A DNA stretch of 64,000 nt from an uncultured Actinomycetes bacterium (lineage in GTDB: Bacteria; Actinomycetota; Thermoleophilia; Gaiellales; JAICJC01): NCBI GenBank assembly GCA_963720885.1, contig CAVRGW010000004.1:137661-201660 (forward strand), read 5' to 3'. This document shows, in pieces, positions 21,629 through 29,719 of the stretch; positions within the stretch are counted from its first letter, which is position 1, and each line of letters opens with the position of its first letter. The translations under genes and the position numbers were made by a program. Below the pieces are notes generated by a model, which worked only from the letters and a program-made list of their open reading frames with translations, was not told the origin of the DNA and ran no database searches.

Positions 21629-22048
21629 TCAGGAGGTCGGCGATGACTGCGTCGCGCGCAGCCGGGCGGCCAGCGTCTCGAGCATCTTCACCGCGATGGC
21701 GGGCTCCGACCGCAGCATCTTGCGGAAGGCGGAACGCGGAATCAGCATCACCTCGACCTCGCTCGTGGCCTCGACCGTCGCCGTCCTCGGCGCGCCGTCC
21801 AGCAGCGCCATCTCGCCGAAGAAGTCGCCCGGTCCGAGCGGTACGTTGCGGCGGCCGGGGCGGCGCACCACGGCCTCGCCGGTGATGATCACGAAGAAGG
21901 AGTCGCCCGTGTCCCCCTTGGTGACGATCGAGGTCAGCGGCGGCAGCCTGCGGGCCACGCCGAGCCCGGCGATCTTGCCCAGCTGCCGCTTGGACAGCCC
22001 GTCGAACAGCGGCAGGTCGGCGAGCACCGCCGCCCAGTCCTTCCCCAT
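21629..22048 (-). CDS. Stand-alone cyclic-nucleotide-binding domain protein
   Basis: ORF 21629..22072. I prefer the ATG at 22048 (GGAG 11 nt upstream); GTG at 22072 is also possible. LADLPLFDGLSKRQL and GDFFGEMALLDGAPRTATVEA. Stop lies 4 nt before the MFS-CNB start. Confidence 0.8.
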   Translation of the reverse strand: MGKDWAAVLADLPLFDGLSKRQLGKIAGLGVARRLPPLTSIVTKGDTGDSFFVIITGEAVVRRPGRRNVPLGPGDFFGEMALLDGAPRTATVEATSEVEVMLIPRSAFRKMLRSEPAIAVKMLETLAARLRATQSSPTS

Positions 22049-22107
22049 CGTTCTGGCTGCTCCGCGTGCCACTGGGTCCTCCTCGATCGCTGGCGTGGCC
22101 GCCGAGT

Positions 22108-22635
22108 CTACTGAGGCGACACGGTCGCGGCAACGAGACCGTCTCGCTGCAGCCGCATGCTGCGCCGCCGGCCATGGACGAAACCGACCGACTCGTAGGC
22201 CCGCACGGCCGGCGTGTTCTGCGGATCGACCTCGAGCCGGATCTCCTCGAGACCGAGCTGCTCGAACCCGTATCTGCAGACCAGCAATGTCGCCTCGGTG
22301 CCCATGCCCCGGCCGCGGAACCGCCGGTCGCCGATCATGATCGAGAACCGGGCGGTGCGGCTTCCCGGCCCGGGGGCCAGCCGCGAGTCGCCGATCGAGA
22401 CGCCGCTCTCACGCTCCCGCAGACCGAAGACGATGCGCCGGGGGTCGGCCAGCATCGTCCGGCCCCACTCGCACAGCGCCTGCTCCGTCTGCGGCTGCCG
22501 GGGGTGGTCACCGGGCGCGTACAGGTAGCGGGTGGTCTCGGGGTCGTTCATCCATCGCGCCCAGGCGGGCGCATCCTCGACGGTCAGCGGCGCGAGGCAG
22601 ACCAGCTCGCCGCACACTGGCTCGCGGATCGTCAT
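22108..22635 (-). CDS. GNAT-family N-acetyltransferase (RimJ/RimL-like)
   Basis: 175 aa. LAPLTVEDAPAWARWMNDPETTRYL and RFRGRGMGTEAT (acetyl-CoA loop) are the typical GNAT layout. Confidence 0.85.
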   Translation of the reverse strand: MTIREPVCGELVCLAPLTVEDAPAWARWMNDPETTRYLYAPGDHPRQPQTEQALCEWGRTMLADPRRIVFGLRERESGVSIGDSRLAPGPGSRTARFSIMIGDRRFRGRGMGTEATLLVCRYGFEQLGLEEIRLEVDPQNTPAVRAYESVGFVHGRRRSMRLQRDGLVAATVSPQ

Positions 22636-22653
22636 GGGCGTTCCAGGGCGCGG

Positions 22654-22962
22654 CCGGAGAGCCAGGCACGGTGCCAGGCACAGAGGCGGACTGTGGGTTG
22701 CACTCGGCAGCTGGGACGAGAGCCAGGCACCGAGCCAGGCTCTCGCTGGGTGGTCGGGCCGGAGAGCCAGGCACGGTGCCAGGCACAGAGGCGGACTGTG
22801 GGTTGCACTCGGCAGCTGGGACGAGAGCCAGGCACCGAGCCAGGCTCTCGCTGGGTGGTTGGGCCGGAGAGCCTGGCACGGTGCCGGGCACCGACGCGGT
22901 CCGCCAGACGCACTCGGCGGGTCGGGCGAGCGCCAGGCACCGAGCCAGGCCCTCGTCGGTCG
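22654..22962. repeat. Intergenic 105-nt tandem repeat, 3 copies (22654-22758, 22759-22863, diverged 22864-~22962)
   Basis: Direct reading. Copies 1 and 2 are identical except C/T at 22755/22860. Copy 3 is roughly three-quarters identical by eye. GAGAGCCAGGCAC occurs twice per unit. Confidence 0.95.
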
Positions 22963-24497
22963 TTAGCTGACGCTGGCGACGATCTCCGCCGAAAGGCTGG
23001 GGAACTGCGCAAGGAACTCGGACCGCTCGGCCTTCAGCCGCGCCACGCGCTCGCCGTACTCGTCGGCCCGCCCGGTCGCCTCGTACAGCCGCCGCGGCTG
23101 CAGCAGGTCGAGGTCGGACTCGTCGATGCCCGGAACGCTGCGCGCGACCTGGTAGCCGAAGTCGGGATCGGTCTCCCACTCGATGGTGCCCTCGGCGATG
23201 CCCTTGACGATCGCTGACGAGTGGGGGATCAGCACCTTCTTCGAGCGCTCGTCCGTGCCGCCGACGCGCCCCGTGTTCATGATGTAGACCTCGATCGGGT
23301 TCGTCTCCAGCAGCTCCAGGAAGCGGTTGCCCTGGTGGTCGTGGTGCATCGGGAAGAACGGGTTCGTGCCGGGGACGCGCAGGAACTTGCCCTCCTCGTC
23401 CTTGCCGCCGGCGGCCGTGCCCGTGGTCTCGCCGAGCATGAAGAACGCCGCCGCCTGCGGGCCCTCGAGCCGCGCGACAGCGGGGATCACGTTCTCGTTG
23501 CGGTTCAGGATCAGCAGGAAATGCGCCTGCTCGAGCTTCGAGGCGTCCGCCGCCTCGATCTCGGAGAACGGAAGACGGCGCGGCCGTTCTTGGTGTAGCT
23601 CTCGTCGAAGAAGTCGACGTGGCCGCCGTCGTTCTGGCTGACGTTCTCGAGGTACGCGCTCGGCTTGGTCACAGCGCCGTAGATCGTCGGCTCGTCCTGC
23701 GGGCTGAGGGCGTAGGTCTTGGCGAAGCAGCCGGCCTCGGTCGCGCTCACCGTGCCGTCCGGCCACCAGGCGACGAAGTCGTCCTGCACGGGCAGTGAGC
23801 CGTTCTGGCGCGTGAACGTCGTCGTGGTCTTGCCGGTGCCCGACAGGCCGACGATCAGGCCGACCCGGTCGCCCCTCGGCGTCGGGATCACCTTGCAGCC
23901 GGCGTGCAGCGCCAGGCCGCCCCGGTCGTGGACGAGCTTGTTCCACATCCGCAGCCCGCCCTTCTTCGACTCGCCGAAGTAGTCGGAGTTGAAGACGCGG
24001 GTGACGTTGAGATCGAGGTTGACCGCGATCAGGCGGTCGTCGGGGTAGTCGGCCATCGGGAGGTTGGGCGTGTAGATGACGACCAGCTCGGGATCGAAGC
24101 CGTCGGCGTCGTTCGCATCGTGGAAGTACAGGACGTCCTGCATGCCGGCGATGTTGACGTTCGAGGCCTCGATGTAGAGGCGCGCCGGGACGCGCCTGTC
24201 CGGAGCGTTGCCGATGTACCCGTCGACGACGATCATCTCCTGCTCGGCGATGTAGGCGTCCTGGGCAGCCGAGACGCGCTCCCACTCGTCACGGTCGATC
24301 GCCTGGTGCGGCTCGCCGGCCGGGTCGTCGGAGACGATGAACGTGCTGGCCTTCGAGCGCGCGAGAACCTGTGTCTGGACGTTCGGAGCGCCGTAGTCGG
24401 TGCTCCGGCTGTTGGGCATCTGGTGCGTCCGGTCGAGCAACTCGTGCTGCGACAGGTTCCGATGAACGTGCCGTGCCGCCGGCAACGCAAAGGCCAT
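22963..24497 (-). pseudogene. pckA: ATP-dependent phosphoenolpyruvate carboxykinase with a -1 frameshift near 23569-23573
   Basis: The N-terminal two-thirds are in ORF 23511..24866 (from MAFALPAARH..., with GLSGTGKTTTTF P-loop). The C-terminal third is in ORF 22963..24285 (PFSEIEAADASKLEQAHFLLILNRNENV...). The frames meet at ...NGRAVF|PFSEI, where gtcttccgttc lacks one C of the expected gtcttcccgttc. Confidence 0.85.
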
Positions 24498-24654
24498 CTT
24501 CGCCAAGGTTCCTCCCGGGAATGGTGACAGCGCGGCCATACCCCTCAACCGCGCCCTGATCCAGGATACCCCAAGTACTGTCACAAGCAACGCGACCCGA
24601 CGGCCCGGCTTGGTACGCTGACGGCTGCTGGGACCACCCCTGTTTCCGGAGGCG

Positions 24655-26340
24655 TTGATGGTTCGACACGACGTGGTGGTGGTGGGCGCAGGCCTCGCCG
24701 GGATGCGCGCCGCCATCGAGGCATCGCGGTACGGCGCCGACGTCGGGGTCGTATCCAAGCTGCACCCCACGCGGAGCCACTCCGGGGCGGCCGAGGGCGG
24801 CATCAACGCGGCGCTCGGCAACGCCGGCGAGGACGACCCCGACAAGCACGCCTTCTTCACCGTCAAGGGCTCGGACTACCTGGGCGACCAGGACGCGATC
24901 CAGGTGATGTGCGAGGAGGGGCCCGGCGACATCTACGAGCTGGAGCACATGGGCGCCGTGTTCAGCCGCACCGAGGACGGCAAGATCGCCCAGCGCCCGT
25001 TCGGCGCCGGCGGCGCGCCGCGCACCTGCTACGCGGCCGACATCACCGGCCACGTCCTGCTGCACGTGCTGTACGAGCAGCTGGTCAAGAGCGGCGTCAC
25101 CGTCTACGACGAGTGGTTCGCGCTCGACCTGGTGCTCGACGGCGATCGCTGCGTCGGCGTGACGGCGTGGGATCTCGTGCACGGCGGCGTGCAGGGCGTC
25201 GAGGGCCGGGCCGTGATCCTCGCCACCGGCGGCCTCGGCCGCATCTACCGCGGCACCACCAACGCCTACGCCTGCACGGGCGACGGCATGTCGATGGCAT
25301 GGCGGGCCGGCGTGCCGCTGAAGGACATGGAGTTCATGCAGTTCCACCCGACGACGCTGCGCTCGAATGGCGTGCTGATCACCGAGGGCTGCCGTGGCGA
25401 GGGCGGATACCTGCGAAACGCCGAAGGCGACCGGTTCATGTTCAACTACGCGCCCAACGCGGGCGAGCTCGCCTCGCGCGACGTCGTCTCGCGGGCGGAG
25501 CAGACCGAGATCGACGAGGGCCGCGGCGTCGACGGCTGTGTGCTGCTCGACCTCACGCACCTCGGCGCGAAGCGGATCAAGGAGCGCCTGCACGGGTCAC
25601 GCGAGCTGGCGATGGATTACGCCGGCGTCGACCCGATCGACGAGCCGATCCCGGTGCGGCCCGGCTCGCATTACCACATGGGCGGCGTCGACACGGACAT
25701 GTTCGGGCGCACCCTGCTGCCCGGCCTGTATGCCGCCGGCGAGGCCGCCTGCGTCTCGGTGCACGGCGCGAACCGGCTGGGCGGCAACTCGCTGCTCGAG
25801 ACTGTGGTGTTCGGCCGCCGGGCCGGCGCCTCCGCCGCACAGGACGTTCGCTCGAACGGCACCGGCGGTGTCTACCCGCCGGCCGCTGTGCGCGCCACGG
25901 AGCGCAGGCTAAAGGCGATGGTCGACCAGAGCACCGGCGAGCGCCCTCACGTGATCCGCCAGGAGCTGGCCGACACGATGTACGAGAACGTCGGCATCTT
26001 CCGCACCGAGGAGAAGCTCGAGGAGGCCAAGGTCAAGATCGGCCAGATGCGCGAGCGGTACGCCCGCGGCGTGCTGGTACACGACAAGGGCCGGTCGTTC
26101 AACACCGACCTGATCCAGGCGCTGGAGCTGGGATCGATGCTGGAGATGGCCGACTGCCTGGTCACCGGGGCGATCGCCCGAACCGAGAGCCGCGGCGCCC
26201 ACAGCCGCCTCGACTTCCCCGAGCGGGACGACGAGAACTGGCTGCGCCATACGATCGCCCACTACGACGACGGTCAGGTGCGGCTCGACTACAAGGACGT
26301 CACCATCACCGAGCACCAGCCCACCGTTCGCAGCTACTGA
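24655..26340 (+). CDS. sdhA: Succinate dehydrogenase / fumarate reductase flavoprotein subunit
   Basis: 561 aa. [17 protein letters not shown] fold, [13 protein letters not shown] (covalent-FAD His region), FHPT, and [19 protein letters not shown]. Confidence 0.9.
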   Translation: MMVRHDVVVVGAGLAGMRAAIEASRYGADVGVVSKLHPTRSHSGAAEGGINAALGNAGEDDPDKHAFFTVKGSDYLGDQDAIQVMCEEGPGDIYELEHMGAVFSRTEDGKIAQRPFGAGGAPRTCYAADITGHVLLHVLYEQLVKSGVTVYDEWFALDLVLDGDRCVGVTAWDLVHGGVQGVEGRAVILATGGLGRIYRGTTNAYACTGDGMSMAWRAGVPLKDMEFMQFHPTTLRSNGVLITEGCRGEGGYLRNAEGDRFMFNYAPNAGELASRDVVSRAEQTEIDEGRGVDGCVLLDLTHLGAKRIKERLHGSRELAMDYAGVDPIDEPIPVRPGSHYHMGGVDTDMFGRTLLPGLYAAGEAACVSVHGANRLGGNSLLETVVFGRRAGASAAQDVRSNGTGGVYPPAAVRATERRLKAMVDQSTGERPHVIRQELADTMYENVGIFRTEEKLEEAKVKIGQMRERYARGVLVHDKGRSFNTDLIQALELGSMLEMADCLVTGAIARTESRGAHSRLDFPERDDENWLRHTIAHYDDGQVRLDYKDVTITEHQPTVRSY

Positions 26341-26360
26341 GCCCACTTTTCGAGGAGCCC

Positions 26361-27350
26361 ATGCAAGTCACCCTCAAGATCCAGCGGTACAACCCGGAGA
26401 CGGAGACCGGCGGCGAGGAGACGTACACGGTCGACGCTGCCGAGGAGGCGACGCTGCTCGACGTCCTGGACGTGATCAAGGACGAGGTCGACGGCTCGCT
26501 CAGCTACCGCAAGTCGTGCCGGATGGCCGTCTGCGGCTCCTGCGGCATGCGCATGGACGGCGCCGCGGTGCTGGCCTGCAAGACGCCGGTCAAGCCGCTG
26601 GTCGACGAGGGCCACGTCCCGGTCATCTCGCCGATGGGCAACCTGCCGGTGATCAAGGACCTGGTCGTGGACATGGGTCCGTTCTGGGAGAAGTTCCGCG
26701 CGATCAAGCCCTACCTCGACGACACGGACTCCGATCCGCCGGTCAAGGAGTGGCGCGTCCAGCAGGAGGAGCTCGACCAGATCATGAAGGAGGCGCTGTG
26801 CATCCAGTGCGGATGCTGCGTCTCCGAGTGCAACTCGATGGAGGCCGACCCGGACTTCCTGGGCCCGGCGGCGCTGGCCAAGGCGGCGCGGTTCGTCTAC
26901 GACGTCCGCGACCGGGGTGGCAAGAGCCGGCTGGAGCTGGTCAACGGCGAGCACGGCGTGTGGGACTGCACGCGCTGCTACTTCTGCCAGGAGCGCTGCC
27001 CCAAGGGCGTCGATCCGCGTGACGCGATCGCCAAGGTGGGCGCCCGGATCTACCAGGAGGGCATGCACGGCGACCGCGGCGCGCGCCACGCGAAGGTGTT
27101 CGTCAAGTCGACGTACAAGACGGGCTACCTGCTGGAGACGAACCTGGTGCCGGAGACGGTCGGCGCCGTGGCCGCGATCAAGGACATCCCGTTCGCGATG
27201 AAGCTGGTGCGCGCCGGCAAGGTGCCGAACCCGCTGAAGCCGCACAAGGCGAAGAAGCTCGACGAGGTGAACAAGCTCAACAAGCTCGTCGGGGAGCAGG
27301 AGAAGGACGAGCTCGGGCGGGCCACTGCCGGCCCTGCGAGAGGCGACTAA
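26361..27350 (+). CDS. sdhB: Succinate dehydrogenase iron-sulfur subunit, non-classical (extra Cys in third cluster motif; Lys-rich C-terminal extension)
   Basis: In-frame tail of artefact ORF 24909..27350 from the ATG at 26361. Cluster motifs are CRMAVCGSCG...C (2Fe-2S), CIQCGCCVSEC, and CTRCYFCQERCP (CxxCxxCxxxCP rather than CxxxxxCxxxCP). Confidence 0.9.
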   Translation: MQVTLKIQRYNPETETGGEETYTVDAAEEATLLDVLDVIKDEVDGSLSYRKSCRMAVCGSCGMRMDGAAVLACKTPVKPLVDEGHVPVISPMGNLPVIKDLVVDMGPFWEKFRAIKPYLDDTDSDPPVKEWRVQQEELDQIMKEALCIQCGCCVSECNSMEADPDFLGPAALAKAARFVYDVRDRGGKSRLELVNGEHGVWDCTRCYFCQERCPKGVDPRDAIAKVGARIYQEGMHGDRGARHAKVFVKSTYKTGYLLETNLVPETVGAVAAIKDIPFAMKLVRAGKVPNPLKPHKAKKLDEVNKLNKLVGEQEKDELGRATAGPARGD

Positions 27351-27360
27351 AGGACGGATC

Positions 27361-28254
27361 TTGAAGAGCAGCTATGCCTACTACCCGGGCTGTCTGGCCA
27401 GCCTGTCACAGAAGGAGCTCGATACCTCGACCCGCGCGATCGCCGAGCGGCTGGGGTTCGAGCTGGTCGACATCCCCGGCTTCACGTGCTGCGGCGCGGG
27501 CGACGTGCACGAGGCGCGCCCCGAGTACTACCTGCACCTGAACGCGCGGATCCTGGGCCAGGCCGAGCAGCTCGGCCAGGACACGTTGCTGACCATCTGC
27601 AACGTCTGCACGCTCAACCTGCGCCAGGCCGACCGTAAGCTCAAGGACGACCCCGAGCTGCTGGCTCGCGTCAACGACAACCTGCGTGAGGTCGGCGCGG
27701 CGACCTACTCGGGCGGGGTCGATGTGCGGCACCTGCTGTGGGAGATCGCCGAGGGCGAGGGCTACGAGCGTCTCAAGCAGGTGGCGTCGAAGCCGCTCAC
27801 CGGCCTCCGGGTCGCGCCGTTCTACGGCTGCCAGATCCTCCGGCCGTCCAAGCTGCTCGGGTTCGAGGATCCCGACCGGCCCCAGTCGCTGGAGCGGATC
27901 ATCGAGGCCTGCGGCGCGGAGCCGGTGGACTACCCGTCCAAGATCAAGTGCTGCGGTTTCCCGATCGTGCTGGCCCGTGAGGAGGTCGCGCTGGGCGAGC
28001 TGATCCAGCCGCTGGCGGAGGCCAAGGAGGCGGGGGCCGACGCGATGGTCACGCCCTGCCCGCTCTGCCACCTGTCGCTTGATGCCTGGCAGGGCAAGGC
28101 CTCGCGCGAGGCCGATCTGGAGTTCGACCTGCCGATCCTCCATCTGGCGCAGCTGGTCGGCGCGGCCGCCGGGCTGTCCTACGACGAGCTGCTGTTCAAG
28201 CGGCACGTGGTCAAGGTGGACCCCGTGGTCCACAAGATCTACGCCGAGCACTGA
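27361..28254 (+). CDS. CCG-domain (HdrB/SdhE-like) cysteine-rich subunit of non-classical succinate dehydrogenase
   Basis: 297 aa with two CCG modules: YYPGC...FTCCGAGD...CNVC and FYGC...KCCGFP...CPLC. Confidence 0.8.
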   Translation: MKSSYAYYPGCLASLSQKELDTSTRAIAERLGFELVDIPGFTCCGAGDVHEARPEYYLHLNARILGQAEQLGQDTLLTICNVCTLNLRQADRKLKDDPELLARVNDNLREVGAATYSGGVDVRHLLWEIAEGEGYERLKQVASKPLTGLRVAPFYGCQILRPSKLLGFEDPDRPQSLERIIEACGAEPVDYPSKIKCCGFPIVLAREEVALGELIQPLAEAKEAGADAMVTPCPLCHLSLDAWQGKASREADLEFDLPILHLAQLVGAAAGLSYDELLFKRHVVKVDPVVHKIYAEH

Positions 28255-28264
28255 TCCGAGCCGG

Positions 28265-29698
28265 GTGGCTCCGAGCTACGCAGCACTCCTGCGTCCGCCG
28301 TACCGGGCGCTGCTGATCACCGCCCTGGGGGCGACCTTCCTCGGAGCCGTGGACGCGTTGATGGTGGTGACGGCGCTGCCGACCGCAGCGCAGGAGATCG
28401 GCGGCGTCGACCGGATCGCGTTGGCCGTCGGCGCGTCGATGGTGACGATCGTGATGACTTTGCCGGTCGCCGGCAGCGTGATCGACCGCTACGGCGTGCC
28501 CCGCTCGTTCGGCATCGCCTGTGTGCTGTTCGCGGTGGCCAATGTGCTCGGCGGCCTGGCCGGGAGCATGGAGATGGTCGCCGTGGCGCGGGCGATCCTC
28601 GGGCTGGGCGCGGGGTTCATGTTCGCCGTGCCGCTCGGCCTGTTCGCGCTGTACGTGCCGGACGACCTGCGTCCGCGTGCATTCGGGCTGAACGCGGCGA
28701 TGTGGGGCGTTGCGGCGATCATCGGGCCTGCGCTGGGCGCCGCGCTGACCGGCACGCTCGGCTGGCGCTGGGTGTTCTGGATCAACCTGCCGATGATCGT
28801 GGCGATCGCGTGGTCGGCCCGGCTGGCGATGAGCGCGCACCCGGAGCGGCCCGCCGTGCCGGAGCACCGGCCGCTGAACCTGATCGGCCCGGTGCTGCTC
28901 GGCCTGTCGGTGGCGCCGCTGCTTGCCTCCGAGCACTGGATCGCGCCGCTGGCGATCGTGCCGGCGGTGCTGTTCTTCTTCCACGAGCGCAGCACCCCGT
29001 CGCCGGTGTTCACGCACCGCAGGATCTCGCTGGCCGCGAACGTTGCGGCGTTCGCCGCGGGCGCCGCGTTCCTGGGCGCCGAGGTGTATCTGCCGGTGCA
29101 GCTTCAGGTCGGGCTGGGCGAGCCGATCTGGGTGGTCGGCTCGGCGCTGGTGCTGGCGACGATCGGCTGGACCACCGGGTCGATGAGCGCCGCGCGGCTG
29201 GGCGTGGGCTTCGGCGAGCAGATCTTCTGGGGGACGACGATCGTCTTCGCCGGGACGCTGGTGATGGCCGTGCCGACCGGTGGGCCGGTGCTGCCGATCC
29301 TCGCCTACGGCGTCGCCGGGCTGGGCATGGGCGTCGCCTCGCCGGCGCTCTTCACGGCCGTCCTGGCCGACAAGCGGGAGGGCCGCGAGGGGCAGGCGAC
29401 CTCGTCGATCCCGCTGGCCCGCCAGGCCGGCGCGGGGGTGGGCACCGCGATCGCCGGCCTGGTGTTCGAGTCCTCGCTATCGGAGTCGACGATCCGCGCG
29501 GCGGAGAAGGCCGGCGCTCACGTGCCGGCGGTCATCCCCGGCGCCCGGCACACGTACGTCGCGGCCGCTGCGCTGGGCGCGATCGGCGTGATCGCCAGCC
29601 GCTGGCTTCGGGACGAGCGCGAGCCGGTGCCGGGCCGGTCGCCTCGTGAGGTGCCAGTGGGGTCAGGAACCTCTGGCACCGGTGCCAGAGGTTCCTGA
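28265..29698 (+). CDS. MFS transporter, DHA2 (EmrB/QacA-like, ~14 TMS) type
   Basis: Track ORF 28079..29698 trimmed to the in-frame GTG at 28265, after the sdhE-like stop. LGATFLGAVDALMVVTALPTAAQEIGG and many hydrophobic spans. The last ~15 codons are encoded by the palindrome at 29651-29710. Confidence 0.8.
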   Translation: MAPSYAALLRPPYRALLITALGATFLGAVDALMVVTALPTAAQEIGGVDRIALAVGASMVTIVMTLPVAGSVIDRYGVPRSFGIACVLFAVANVLGGLAGSMEMVAVARAILGLGAGFMFAVPLGLFALYVPDDLRPRAFGLNAAMWGVAAIIGPALGAALTGTLGWRWVFWINLPMIVAIAWSARLAMSAHPERPAVPEHRPLNLIGPVLLGLSVAPLLASEHWIAPLAIVPAVLFFFHERSTPSPVFTHRRISLAANVAAFAAGAAFLGAEVYLPVQLQVGLGEPIWVVGSALVLATIGWTTGSMSAARLGVGFGEQIFWGTTIVFAGTLVMAVPTGGPVLPILAYGVAGLGMGVASPALFTAVLADKREGREGQATSSIPLARQAGAGVGTAIAGLVFESSLSESTIRAAEKAGAHVPAVIPGARHTYVAAAALGAIGVIASRWLRDEREPVPGRSPREVPVGSGTSGTGARGS

Positions 29699-29710
29699 CC
29701 CCTCTGGCAC
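29651..29710. repeat. 60-bp near-perfect palindrome (perfect 40-bp core 29661-29700)
   Basis: GGTCAGGAACCTCTGGCACC|GGTGCCAGAGGTTCCTGACC is self-complementary. The flanks gtgccagtgg / cctctggcac extend it with one mismatch. It covers the MFS stop codon and ends 10 nt before the recQ start. Confidence 0.95.
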
Positions 29711-29719
29711 AATGGTCGG

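Noticed and set aside
22654-22962. Possible CRISPR array
   Set aside because: The units are contiguous 105-mers with no unique spacers. There are no cas genes in the window, and the repeat length is outside the CRISPR range.
22654-22962. Sigma-54 promoter-like TGGCAC elements inside the repeat (minus strand TGGCACCGTGCCTGGC)
   Set aside because: The -12 element TTGCW is missing (CTGGC instead). No sigma-54 activator is nearby, and this kind of genome usually lacks RpoN.
22066-23217. ORFs in five of six frames running through the 105-nt repeat and producing 35-aa repeated peptides (e.g. PESQARCQAQRRTVGCTRQLGREPGTEPGSRWVVG)
   Set aside because: 105 = 35 x 3, so any open frame repeats. The frames are open simply because of GC richness. 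The peptides are R/G/P/S-rich with no start context, and they overlap the real GNAT and pckA genes.
24498-24654. CRP/FNR-type operator in the divergent pckA/sdhA promoter (GTGACAG at 24524-24530 and CTGTCAC at 24578-24584)
   Set aside because: The half-sites are 47 nt apart rather than the 6-nt spacing of TGTGA-N6-TCACA. A 7-bp inverted repeat at that distance can arise by chance. The CNB proteins in the window have no DNA-binding domain.
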